From Bacteroidota bacterium (GTDB taxonomy: Bacteria; Bacteroidota; Bacteroidia; B-17B0; Aurantibacillaceae): a stretch of 64,000 nucleotides of DNA. This document shows, piece by piece, positions 9,812 to 18,667 of the stretch; position 1 is the first letter of the stretch, and each line of letters opens with the position of its first letter. Both the position numbers and the translations under genes were made by a program. The DNA is taken from NCBI GenBank assembly GCA_040386075.1, contig JAZKGE010000027.1, positions 171,403-235,402 of the forward strand. The letters run 5' to 3'. The notes under the pieces were generated by a model that was not told the DNA's origin, made no database searches, and worked only from the letters and a program-made list of their open reading frames with translations.

Positions 9812-9863
9812 ATTTGCAAAAAATGCAAATTATCGTGTCTGAAGCATGATTTTTTGCAAAAAA
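9812..9863. promoter_or_regulatory. two TTTGCA-centred palindromes in a divergent intergenic region (candidate operators)
   Basis: ATTTGCA-aaaaa-TGCAAAT at 9812-9830 and the perfect 14-nt palindrome TTTTTTGCAAAAAA at 9850-9863. A third half-site TTTTTTGCAA lies at 9902-9911. Confidence 0.35.
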
Positions 9864-9990
9864 GCCTCTTTTAACAGAGCAAAAACGTACTTGTTTTCTG
9901 ATTTTTTGCAATTAAGCTGCCCAACGGTCTACAAAGCCGTTTCATTCAGACATGCCTTCGATCTAATTTTGACCTATAAAATATTCAATT

Positions 9991-10800
9991 ATGGAAACTT
10001 TAAATACAATCGAAAAAATCACTTTACTTGTTAGTACAGGTATAGTTTGTTTGGCTAATCTTTTTGTTTTGCTTGAACGTGCAAAAAAATCAGAAAAACA
10101 AAAAAGTAATAATATTCAAAAATTATTATTGATCAATCCAAAAGCAACTTTGACTGTTGTTTTATTCCTTTCTTCATTTTTAATGACTGCACAGGATACT
10201 ATTTATTTTAAAAATAAAATGATTGTTGCTGCTAAAATTACCGAAGTAGGTGTTTCAGAAATTAAATATCAGCGTATGGATAACCTAAGCGGACCAAATT
10301 ATTTATCCTCTAAAACTGAAATTTTTTTGATAAAATACTCAAATGGAGTAACTGATTCAATAAAAGTTGCGGAGCCGGCTGCTACGTTCGTTGAGTATAA
10401 AGAAAACCCTGACCGGATAAGACTTCGTGGAAGCAGAATGAAATTTCACGACAGAACCATTCATGACAGAGAAATGAAATCAGTAGTCCTGAGTTTGTCA
10501 TCTCCTGAAAATAAGATCGCATTTAAAAAAGAGTTTAGGAAACTGAATGAATATAAATTGAAAGAATCTGTTCTTGCGCCTGCTTTGTTTGTATGTGGTG
10601 CCGGAATTCATTTCGCAGCTTTGGGAAGCGCGTTTGGCGCTAATGGGGGTGCAGGCTCTGAAAATCAATCAAATTTGGTTTCAGCTTTCTTGGTAGGAGC
10701 GGCACTTCGGATATCAGGTCATGTAGTGAATATCGTGTATAGGAATAAGAAAAAAAGTAAGCGTGAGGATATCGTGAATATGTATAACAGACAGTATTAA
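9991..10800 (+). CDS. hypothetical membrane protein
   Basis: Long ORF with hydrophobic segments at both ends (VVLFLSSFLMTAQ; PALFVCGAGIHFAALGSAFG; LVSAFLVGAALRISG). Start uncertain: an in-frame TTG about 140 nt downstream would give a cleaner signal peptide. Confidence 0.45.
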   Translation: METLNTIEKITLLVSTGIVCLANLFVLLERAKKSEKQKSNNIQKLLLINPKATLTVVLFLSSFLMTAQDTIYFKNKMIVAAKITEVGVSEIKYQRMDNLSGPNYLSSKTEIFLIKYSNGVTDSIKVAEPAATFVEYKENPDRIRLRGSRMKFHDRTIHDREMKSVVLSLSSPENKIAFKKEFRKLNEYKLKESVLAPALFVCGAGIHFAALGSAFGANGGAGSENQSNLVSAFLVGAALRISGHVVNIVYRNKKKSKREDIVNMYNRQY

Positions 10801-10830
10801 TCAAAATATAAGCCTTTAAAAACAAAAATC

Positions 10831-10998
10831 ATGAAAACAATAACTATTAAAAAAACAATTCAAACCGCCTTTTTTTGTGCTGTAATTCTTTTTTCAACTA
10901 TCATAACAAAAAATACCATCAGAAATATGAAGCGTGTTTATTATATAGAGAAAATGAGTAACAATAGTGTTACCTGTTTCTTTGACCTGATCCATTAA
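10831..10998 (+). CDS. possible 55-aa small membrane protein (below ORF-track cutoff)
   Basis: ATG 10831 to TAA 10996-10998, translated by hand as MKTITIKKTIQTAFFCAVILFSTIITKNTIRNMKRVYYIEKMSNNSVTCFFDLIH. Fills an otherwise empty 232-nt gap. Confidence 0.2.
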   Translation: MKTITIKKTIQTAFFCAVILFSTIITKNTIRNMKRVYYIEKMSNNSVTCFFDLIH

Positions 10999-11032
10999 TT
11001 GATAAAATCATTCATTTAAAAGTTATAGCATT

Positions 11033-12163
11033 ATGAAAAAAATATTCAGATCAATCGTCTTTATGAGCGCATCGTTTCTTTTAATAAACGATCTTGACGC
11101 CCAAAATAATACTACTCAAAAACAAACTTTAACCATTTTGTCCATTGATATTGCCGGTTTAAAAAGTGAACCGCAACAAATGGGAAACCTTGTAAGAACA
11201 GAGTTAGAGAAACTCGACACCTTTGAAGTAATGGACCGCTACGACGTAGCTTACATGGTAGAAAAAAATAAATTGAGTATCAATAATTGTTACGGTAAAT
11301 TATGTTTAACAGAAATTGGAGAAACAATACACTCCGACAAAATGTTAAGTGGAAGTATCGAATTATACCCAAAGTCAATTATTTATACACTGCGTTTAAT
11401 AGATGTAAAATCCAGGTCTATTGAAAAGACAACAGTCATGGAGTTTTTGAATTTGCCCGAAGAACTTCAGGCATTTACAAATATAACCGTTCGTACCATG
11501 TTCAATAAATCAGTTGATAAGAACATATTGATAAAACTAACACAACGAAGCGGTTTTGATAATGCGTTGAATAATCCTAAGAAGGACAGGTTAAGACTAG
11601 ATGGCCCCCGTTTAGGATTTGTTGGATTTACAGGTAATGTTGCTGATATTTTGCAGGCCGATAAATCATCCGGAGGTTTTGAGGCATTCCCTGTCATGTT
11701 TCAGTTTGGCTACCAGTTCGAAAAACAATATCTGAACGAAGGAAAGATCCAGGCTTTATTTGAATTTGTGCCAATGATCACCGGAGTTGATCAGGGTTAT
11801 TTTATTCCGGGATTTTCTTTACTGCACGGTTTAAGAAGTAATATTAATGGTTGGGAATTTGCATTGGGGCCAACCATTAATTTATCTCCAAAATCCAAAG
11901 GTTATTATGATGAAACAAATACCTGGCGCCGTGAGCAGGAATGGACAAGTAATCCTGAAAACGAAAATGTAAAAAACCCATTTACAATTAAAGAAAGATT
12001 AGACAGTAGAGGTGATTATGCTGTTCAAACCGGTTTTGTGTTAGCGTTTGGTAGAACATTTAAATCAGGAAAATTAAACTTACCTGTTAATATATATGTG
12101 ATTCCCGGTAAAGATGGATTTAGAATAGGAGCTTCGCTAGGGTTTAACGCTAAAAATAAATAA
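11033..12163 (+). CDS. hypothetical secreted/outer-membrane protein
   Basis: Signal peptide MKKIFRSIVFMSASFLLINDLDAQ. Gly/aromatic-rich alternating C-terminal half ending GFRIGASLGFNAKNK, suggestive of beta-barrel strands. No family recognised. Confidence 0.5.
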   Translation: MKKIFRSIVFMSASFLLINDLDAQNNTTQKQTLTILSIDIAGLKSEPQQMGNLVRTELEKLDTFEVMDRYDVAYMVEKNKLSINNCYGKLCLTEIGETIHSDKMLSGSIELYPKSIIYTLRLIDVKSRSIEKTTVMEFLNLPEELQAFTNITVRTMFNKSVDKNILIKLTQRSGFDNALNNPKKDRLRLDGPRLGFVGFTGNVADILQADKSSGGFEAFPVMFQFGYQFEKQYLNEGKIQALFEFVPMITGVDQGYFIPGFSLLHGLRSNINGWEFALGPTINLSPKSKGYYDETNTWRREQEWTSNPENENVKNPFTIKERLDSRGDYAVQTGFVLAFGRTFKSGKLNLPVNIYVIPGKDGFRIGASLGFNAKNK

Positions 12164-12171
12164 TTTCTAAT

Positions 12172-12528
12172 ATGATTTTTATTCTCAAACGATTAGCAAT
12201 TATTATTTTTTTGTTTGGAATACTTACTGCATTTAATTCATGTTCATATTTAGCTGTTTTTATAATGGCTAAAGAGAAAAAAACAACGGTTGATAAATGG
12301 GAATCGGGTAAGTATAAAACTCGCATTCAAAAAAGAATAGGTTGGTCAAGCACGCATTTTTATCATTGCAGAGTACAAGTTAAAAGATTGGGAGGCCTTT
12401 ATTATCGAACAGTTGTTGTAAAAATATTTTCAAGAGAAAATTATGCGTCCTGTTTAATTAAATGCCCCTTCCGTAACGATACCCTTGCTGTTGACGTGTG
12501 CAAGAAGACTACTGTTCTTATTAAATAA
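12172..12528 (+). CDS. hypothetical small lipoprotein-like protein
   Basis: 118 aa with hydrophobic N-terminus ending FNSC (lipobox-like). Starts 8 nt after the upstream gene. Confidence 0.4.
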   Translation: MIFILKRLAIIIFLFGILTAFNSCSYLAVFIMAKEKKTTVDKWESGKYKTRIQKRIGWSSTHFYHCRVQVKRLGGLYYRTVVVKIFSRENYASCLIKCPFRNDTLAVDVCKKTTVLIK

Positions 12529-12558
12529 TATAATTTTCAAATTCTTTTTTTAATAATT

Positions 12559-13170
12559 ATGAAAACAAAAATCTTATATAAAATTCCACACGCTTTACTT
12601 TACTCACGTTTAGTAGTTGCTATTTTTATCATCGTATTTTCTTTTATTAAGATAGCGCCGATTATAATTGTAACCTTAAGTGTTTATGCCATTTTAAGCG
12701 ATGTATTTGATGGAATGCTTGCCAGGCGCTTAAAAATTTCCACTGTCGAAATGCGTCAATTGGATACAAAAATTGATACCGTTTTTTGGTTTAGCTGTTT
12801 GTTTTATTTATGTATGAATCAAACCCAATTTTTAAGATCACATATAATAGAGTTATTCGTTTTGGTATTTTCAGAACTGTTTATTATTGCATTAGGGAAA
12901 TTGAAGTTTAATGAACGGATCTCTTATCATACCATATTATCAAAATGCTGGGCTTTATGTTTATTATGGTTTTTTATTGATATCTGCTTAAATAATGCCT
13001 GTGGTTTTAGTTTTGCCATTTCATTTTGGTATGGTTTAGTGGTACAATTTGAGATTTTAATGATTGCCGTTATTTTAAAAACCAGTCATACCGATGTACC
13101 TTCTGTTTTACAGGCCATTAAATTAAGAAAAGGTTTGGTTATCAAAAGGAACCGTTTTTTCAACGGCTAA
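12559..13170 (+). CDS. CDP-alcohol phosphatidyltransferase family protein
   Basis: DVFDGMLARRLKISTVEMRQLDTKIDTVF fits the D-x2-DG-x2-AR...D-x3-D signature. Polytopic membrane protein. Confidence 0.7.
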   Translation: MKTKILYKIPHALLYSRLVVAIFIIVFSFIKIAPIIIVTLSVYAILSDVFDGMLARRLKISTVEMRQLDTKIDTVFWFSCLFYLCMNQTQFLRSHIIELFVLVFSELFIIALGKLKFNERISYHTILSKCWALCLLWFFIDICLNNACGFSFAISFWYGLVVQFEILMIAVILKTSHTDVPSVLQAIKLRKGLVIKRNRFFNG

Positions 13171-13308
13171 AAAGCTGTTTTGTGGGGTTAACTAACATTC
13201 TTTTGTTTAAAATTACCATTTTACCTCAAAAAACTTCCGTTTTTTTTGGTTTAGTTTTGTTTTTGTCGAGAAAACAACTAATTTAATCGATTATTAAACG
13301 ATAAATTT

Positions 13309-14583
13309 ATGAAAAGACTTTCTACAAAACTATCTTTTTTAGCGGTTTGCTTAGTTGTTTTAAATACTTCCTTGGCTCAATTGTCTGTTACAGCACAGGC
13401 TGGCGGCCTAAAATTTTTAGGCGATGTTGGACAAAAAAATAATGCTAACTTTTTTAGTGACATGCGCCTGGGTTATAACCTTGGGATTGAATACCGTATC
13501 GGTAAAGTGTTGGGTATTGGTATTGATGGAATGTATGGTAAATTAGCAGGTACAGATAATGATAAAAGCTCTCATTTAAATTTTCAGTCTACAATTATGG
13601 GAGGAGGGCTTAATTTATATGCCTTTTTTGATAAATTAGGAGAAAAAGAAAAAGAGGTTTCGCCATATATCCACGCAGGTTTTGGCTACCTGATGTTCGA
13701 TCCCTATGGAGATCTAAGAGATAAGAATGGTACTGTTTATAATTACTGGACAGATGGTTCTATCCGTAATTTAGTGGAAGATCCTGCTAACGATCCTTTG
13801 TCAGTAACTCTCAAAAGGGATTACAAGTACGAAACACAGTTAAAAGATACAGCTTCTAATTTTGCACGCAACACATTTTACATTCCTGTAGGACTTGGAG
13901 CTAAATTCAAAATGGGTTTCCGAGCCAGCTTAAGAGTAGGAGTAACTTACAATATTTGCATGAGTGATTATATTGATGGCTATAAAAAAGGTGGTAACGA
14001 TAGCTGGGCTTCCGCAAATGTAGGGGTTAATATTCATTTTGGTAAAAAACCAAAAGATGCTTATAGTAATGTTGATTTCAAAGCAGTTGATAATTCAGAT
14101 ACAGATGGTGATGGTATTAAAGATCTGGATGATAGATGTTTAGGAACACCTAAGGGTGTTAAAGTAGACGGAAAAGGTTGTCCGGAAGATAATGATGATG
14201 ACGGTGTGTTTGATTACATGGATAAAGAATTAGCTTCTAAAAAAGGTGCTAAAGTAGATGGAAGCGGTGTTACTATTGATGAAGAGGCAATGGCAAAACG
14301 TCAGTTAGCATGGGATAGTCTTTCAACAGAAAGAAGCGAAGGCTTTAACAACGCACCTAGTTTAAGTTATTTGAAAGAGATAGAGGCCAAGGCTAAGGCA
14401 AATCAATCTCAAACCGGTAAAACATCTAAAATACCAGCAGAGTTTATAGAAGCAGATTACAATAAAGACGGTACTATTTCAGCCGCAGAAATTACACAAA
14501 CCATTGATGGGTTCTTCGAAGGAGCAAACTCATTCAATGTTGAGAAGATAAATAAGCTCATTGACTTTTTCTTTGAGCAGTAA
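13309..14583 (+). CDS. outer-membrane protein: barrel-like N-domain + thrombospondin type-3 Ca-binding repeats + EF-hand-like C-terminus
   Basis: Signal peptide. DTDGDGIKDLDDRCLGTPKGVKVDGKGCPEDNDDDGVFDYMD (TSP3-type). DYNKDGTISAAEI (EF-hand loop). N-domain is paralogous to 16013-18211. Confidence 0.7.
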   Translation: MKRLSTKLSFLAVCLVVLNTSLAQLSVTAQAGGLKFLGDVGQKNNANFFSDMRLGYNLGIEYRIGKVLGIGIDGMYGKLAGTDNDKSSHLNFQSTIMGGGLNLYAFFDKLGEKEKEVSPYIHAGFGYLMFDPYGDLRDKNGTVYNYWTDGSIRNLVEDPANDPLSVTLKRDYKYETQLKDTASNFARNTFYIPVGLGAKFKMGFRASLRVGVTYNICMSDYIDGYKKGGNDSWASANVGVNIHFGKKPKDAYSNVDFKAVDNSDTDGDGIKDLDDRCLGTPKGVKVDGKGCPEDNDDDGVFDYMDKELASKKGAKVDGSGVTIDEEAMAKRQLAWDSLSTERSEGFNNAPSLSYLKEIEAKAKANQSQTGKTSKIPAEFIEADYNKDGTISAAEITQTIDGFFEGANSFNVEKINKLIDFFFEQ

Positions 14584-14592
14584 ACTAGCAAT

Positions 14593-15978
14593 ATGATAAA
14601 ACCACTTATTATTTTATTTAACACTGTATCAGTATTTTTATTTAGCTTTTTTTTCGGCGATACTCCTGTGACAATATCTGGGAACTTCCCAAAAAGCGCT
14701 AATGTAGCATCAGAATTTACAGCAGAGATAAAGATCAATAAGGGTAGCATCGGTGGTTTTGCTAAACTTCAGTTAGAAGTTCCTCAAGGGTTTACTGTAA
14801 AAGAACAGGATAGTAGAACAGGTAATTTTTCTTTTGCAACTAATATTGCAAAGATCATTTGGACAGCAATGCCAAGCGATCCTGAGTTTACAGTTAAATT
14901 TACAATAAGCGCCGATGCTTCGGCAGCAGGCGCTAAAACAATTGCCTCCAAGTTTTCATTTGTAAATAATAATAATAAAGAAGTGGTTGAAATGACTCCG
15001 GTAGAGATCATGATCGGCGACGGATCCGGCGCACCTGTAGCTACATCATCTACTCCACCCGAAACTGCATCTACTCCTCCGGCAACCGAAACTGTTCCTG
15101 TATCTACTTCATCCACACCTTCTTTCGAAAATCCTACTGAACCTAATTCCAATATTGTTTGTGCCAGAAATATTACTGCCGGAGCAAACGCCAATGAGTT
15201 TAATGTTGAAGTGAAAATTAAAAAAGGAGGAATCAAAGGATTTGCTAAATACCAGGAAGTACTGCCTGTAGGATTTAATGCAAAAGGCGATAAACTGAAC
15301 GGAAGTTCATTTTCGGTGGCTGACGGTAAGTTGAAATTTGTTTGGGTATCATTGCCAACAGACGAAGAGCTGACAGTGTCTTATATTTTAGAAAAAACAT
15401 CTTCAGCATCAGCAGATGCTAAATTAGATAATGGTGAATTTTCATACTTGGAAAATGATCAGAGTAAAAAGATCAAAATGCCTGTAGATGCTATTGGCGG
15501 CGGAGCAACTACTGTTGTGCAAACAGAGCCTGTTCAAACCCAAACAGTTGCAGCTGAACCTACAACTCAGCCTGTTGTTTCAACAACTGAGCCAGTAAAA
15601 ACTGAACCAACTACAACAGAGCCGGTAAAAAACGAACCAACAACTGCTGAGCCTGTTAAAACAGAACCTAAAGCAACAGTTGCCAGAAAAGAGGGAAATG
15701 TTTCATACAATGTTCAGATCGGTGCTTTTGTAAATGCCATTCAATCTGATGTCCTGTCAAAAAAATTCAATATCACCGAGAGCATAAAAAGCGAGATGGC
15801 TCAGGGCTTCAATAAATTTATGGTTGGTAATTTTAACGAATACAAAGACGCACGTTCACACAGGGAAAACATAAAACAAAAAGGTTGTAACAGTGCTTTT
15901 GTGGTTGCTTATAACGGGGCTAAAAGAATAACAGTTCAGGAAGCACTTATGATTACCAGTCAAAAATGGTTTAAATAA
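14593..15978 (+). CDS. SPOR-domain protein with a duplicated N-terminal module and Pro/Thr linkers
   Basis: Two homologous approx 110-aa modules (FTAEIKINKGSIGGFAKLQLEVPQGF... and FNVEVKIKKGGIKGFAKYQEVLPVGF...). C-terminal YNVQIGAFVNAIQ...AFVVAY is SPOR-like. Confidence 0.7.
   Translation: MIKPLIILFNTVSVFLFSFFFGDTPVTISGNFPKSANVASEFTAEIKINKGSIGGFAKLQLEVPQGFTVKEQDSRTGNFSFATNIAKIIWTAMPSDPEFTVKFTISADASAAGAKTIASKFSFVNNNNKEVVEMTPVEIMIGDGSGAPVATSSTPPETASTPPATETVPVSTSSTPSFENPTEPNSNIVCARNITAGANANEFNVEVKIKKGGIKGFAKYQEVLPVGFNAKGDKLNGSSFSVADGKLKFVWVSLPTDEELTVSYILEKTSSASADAKLDNGEFSYLENDQSKKIKMPVDAIGGGATTVVQTEPVQTQTVAAEPTTQPVVSTTEPVKTEPTTTEPVKNEPTTAEPVKTEPKATVARKEGNVSYNVQIGAFVNAIQSDVLSKKFNITESIKSEMAQGFNKFMVGNFNEYKDARSHRENIKQKGCNSAFVVAYNGAKRITVQEALMITSQKWFK
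15583..15672 (+). repeat. 3 x 30-bp in-frame tandem repeat (TTEPVKTEPT / TTEPVKNEPT / TAEPVKTEPK)
   Basis: Read directly from sequence and translation. Lies in the linker before the SPOR domain. Confidence 0.75.
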
Positions 15979-16012
15979 GATCATTTTTCTTATTTTTGAG
16001 AATCCACAGCTA

Positions 16013-18211
16013 ATGCTTAAAAGAGTACTTTTTATATTCCTTGTTTTAATTTGTTCTTTTACTAAAGCTCAAACGGATACTTCTGCCAAAGCAAAAGCTT
16101 TACCATCGGCAACTCCCGTAGCTGAACCTGCTAAAAAAACTCAGTCCGACCCACCTTCGCTTGGTGATATCTTCAAACCTAAAATTTCTTTAGGTGCTGG
16201 CATGCTGTCTTTTCATGGCGACTTGTATGCAAAGCATTACCAGGCACCATGGACTGCAAGAATTGCTTATGATCTTAATATTTCACAACGTTTATATAAA
16301 TCTTTACAATTAAATTTTAATATTTTATTTGGGAAGCTTGGTGCAAACGAATGGATCGATAACCGTCAGGAAAATTTCCAGTCCGAAATACGATCGGGCG
16401 GATTAAGTTTAATGTATGATTTTGGAAATTTTATTCCTGACCGTTGCCGTATCCGGCCATGGATTTCCGTAGGGGTCAACTCATTCGAGTTCCTGTCAAA
16501 AACCGATCAGTATGACAGGTATGGAAATAAGTATTATTATTGGAGTGATGGATCTATAAAAAATATAGATGAGGCGGCACCTACCGCCTCTTTGGCTGTT
16601 AATTTAAATAGAGATTATATATATGAAACCGATATCAGGGAACAGAATAAAGATGGCTTTGGTAGATATCAGGAACGTGCTTGGGCTTTTCCTGTTGGAG
16701 CAGGTGCTTTAATGAAAATAACAGACCGTTTTGATTTTAAGATCGGGTTCCAGTATTATTTTTCTACAACTGATTACATTGATGGCATATCTAACAACAG
16801 TTTAGGAACAAGAGCAGGAACTAAACAAAAGGATAATTTTGTTTATACATCTTTTGCATTGCAGTACGATCTTGTATTCAAGAAAAAATCAAAAGGCGAT
16901 ACATTGCCTGATGATTATTTTGATAATGTGAATTGGCTGGCCATTGATAATGGCGATTATGATGAAGATGGTATTAAAGATTGGGATGATAAATGTCATG
17001 GTACACCAAAAGGCGTTAAGGTAGATGCCAACGGTTGTCCGTTTGATGATGATAATGATGGTGTACCAAACCATGCTGATGATGAATTAACATCCCCTGC
17101 AGGTGTTGAGGTAAATAACAAAGGAGTTGCATTAACAGATGAGTACTGGCAAAACTGGTACAATACATATATGGATAGCGGCAATGTTGTTAAACAGGAA
17201 GTTATAGAGAATTTTTATGCTGCTAAAAAAGATACAGCTTCAACACATCAGCCTGAGCAAAATAAGAACGAAAAAGTTTATACTGTCGAATTAGCCAGAT
17301 ATTCAGGACCAGTGCCAAATAATGAAATGGCTTACTTATTAAGTATAGGTGATGTAAAATCAACTACACTTCCTGATAATTCAACCGTATTGTATACCGC
17401 AGGTACTTATAAAGAAATTCAGAACGCAGTAAAGCGAAGGGATGAATTGATCACTGAAGGAAATAAGAATGCCAAAGTAGGTTACTTTAAAAATGGCGAC
17501 ATGGTGACGCTAACAGATGACGAGATCAATAATTTAACAACTAACAGTGCAGCTACTACAAGCATTTCATCTAATACAGCAACAACCACTAATTCAAGCT
17601 CTGATGCTGATGCCAATGAATTTGCAAAAGGAGATATCGTTTACCGTGTGCAACTAGGCGCCTACAAAAACCGGATCTCCAAAGGCGTATTTAAAAATGC
17701 AGGAACTATATTGGAACTTAAAACCGACGATGATGTATTTCGCTATGCTACCAAAGGTTTTAAAACTATAGAAGAGGCAGCAAACAAAAAGGCGGATCTG
17801 ATGCTTGACGGTTACGGTGATGCATTTATTACTGCGTATAAAGATGGTAAGCGTATTCCTATGAGCGCAACAAAAGCCACCATGGATACAGAAGAAAAAG
17901 AGGATATTACAAAAATTGAATCCTTTAGTTCGGTTGATAAATCTTTGGTAAGCTTTAAAGTTCAGTTGGGTGCGCTTCGTAGAGCAGGCTCTAATGATAT
18001 GGAAGAAAAAACCAAAGATATGGAAGGCGTTGAAAAACAAGGCACAGGTTCAGGAATGATCCGATACACCGCAGGTAATTTCAGCGATTATTCGAAGGCC
18101 GATAAGTATCGTCAGGAGCTTGCTGATAAAGGACTTTTAGAAGCTTTTGTGATAGCAGTATTTAAAGGAGAGATCATTTCCATACAGGAAGCGCAGGAGC
18201 TTTTAAAATAA
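16013..18211 (+). CDS. outer-membrane protein: barrel-like N-domain + TSP3 repeats + three SPOR-like domains
   Basis: Signal peptide. DYDEDGIKDWDDKCHGTPKGVKVDANGCPFDDDNDGVPNHAD. SPOR-like VYRVQLGAYKNRIS...AFITAY, SFKVQLGALRRAGS...AFVIAVF and a weaker VYTVELARYSG copy. Confidence 0.7.
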   Translation: MLKRVLFIFLVLICSFTKAQTDTSAKAKALPSATPVAEPAKKTQSDPPSLGDIFKPKISLGAGMLSFHGDLYAKHYQAPWTARIAYDLNISQRLYKSLQLNFNILFGKLGANEWIDNRQENFQSEIRSGGLSLMYDFGNFIPDRCRIRPWISVGVNSFEFLSKTDQYDRYGNKYYYWSDGSIKNIDEAAPTASLAVNLNRDYIYETDIREQNKDGFGRYQERAWAFPVGAGALMKITDRFDFKIGFQYYFSTTDYIDGISNNSLGTRAGTKQKDNFVYTSFALQYDLVFKKKSKGDTLPDDYFDNVNWLAIDNGDYDEDGIKDWDDKCHGTPKGVKVDANGCPFDDDNDGVPNHADDELTSPAGVEVNNKGVALTDEYWQNWYNTYMDSGNVVKQEVIENFYAAKKDTASTHQPEQNKNEKVYTVELARYSGPVPNNEMAYLLSIGDVKSTTLPDNSTVLYTAGTYKEIQNAVKRRDELITEGNKNAKVGYFKNGDMVTLTDDEINNLTTNSAATTSISSNTATTTNSSSDADANEFAKGDIVYRVQLGAYKNRISKGVFKNAGTILELKTDDDVFRYATKGFKTIEEAANKKADLMLDGYGDAFITAYKDGKRIPMSATKATMDTEEKEDITKIESFSSVDKSLVSFKVQLGALRRAGSNDMEEKTKDMEGVEKQGTGSGMIRYTAGNFSDYSKADKYRQELADKGLLEAFVIAVFKGEIISIQEAQELLK

Positions 18212-18241
18212 TTTGTACATTTATAGTAAATTTTTAAGAAC

Positions 18242-18508
18242 ATGAAGAAGCTTATATTATCATCGATGCTTGTAATGGCCTGTTGTTTAACGGCAAGCGC
18301 TCAGGAGCCTGAAAAAAAGAAAGAAAGTTCAACCCCTGCTCCAAGTAGAGGGCAGGAAAGAGCGATCAACGAAAGCGGGGTTTCTGTCAAATCCGAATCT
18401 AAGAAAAGTAGTTCCAATTCTAAAAAGGCACCAACACCGCCACCTGCAACACCAGCTACACCGCCAAAACCAGCGGATCCCCCAAAAGACCCTAAAAAGC
18501 CAGAATAA
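18242..18508 (+). CDS. small secreted Lys/Pro/Ser-rich disordered protein
   Basis: Signal peptide MKKLILSSMLVMACCLTASAQ, then low-complexity sequence ending TPPPATPATPPKPADPPKDPKKPE. Followed by a terminator. Confidence 0.5.
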   Translation: MKKLILSSMLVMACCLTASAQEPEKKKESSTPAPSRGQERAINESGVSVKSESKKSSSNSKKAPTPPPATPATPPKPADPPKDPKKPE

Positions 18509-18513
18509 TTTCA

Positions 18514-18545
18514 AACCCTTTGTTACACAGCGAAGGGTTTTTTGT
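18514..18545 (+). terminator. rho-independent terminator
   Basis: AACCCTT-12 nt-AAGGGTT followed by TTTTT. Confidence 0.6.
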
Positions 18546-18667
18546 TAAAAATAGCGGTGAATTTTCCCGTAATCCGTTATTAAATACAGGTCACGATAAA
18601 CTACCGCTTATATAATTTGTTATAGTAGACCAAGTATTGTTTATACCTTTAAGCTTTAAATTTTCTC

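Noticed and set aside
14784-15236. 150-aa ORF antisense to the SPOR protein. Also antisense ORFs at 14457-14750, 16889-17184, 17654-18040, 18329-18514 and 18649-18945.
   Set aside because: They mirror Pro/Thr/Ala-rich or repeat-coding stretches of the sense genes, which naturally stay open on the opposite strand. No independent start context or terminators.
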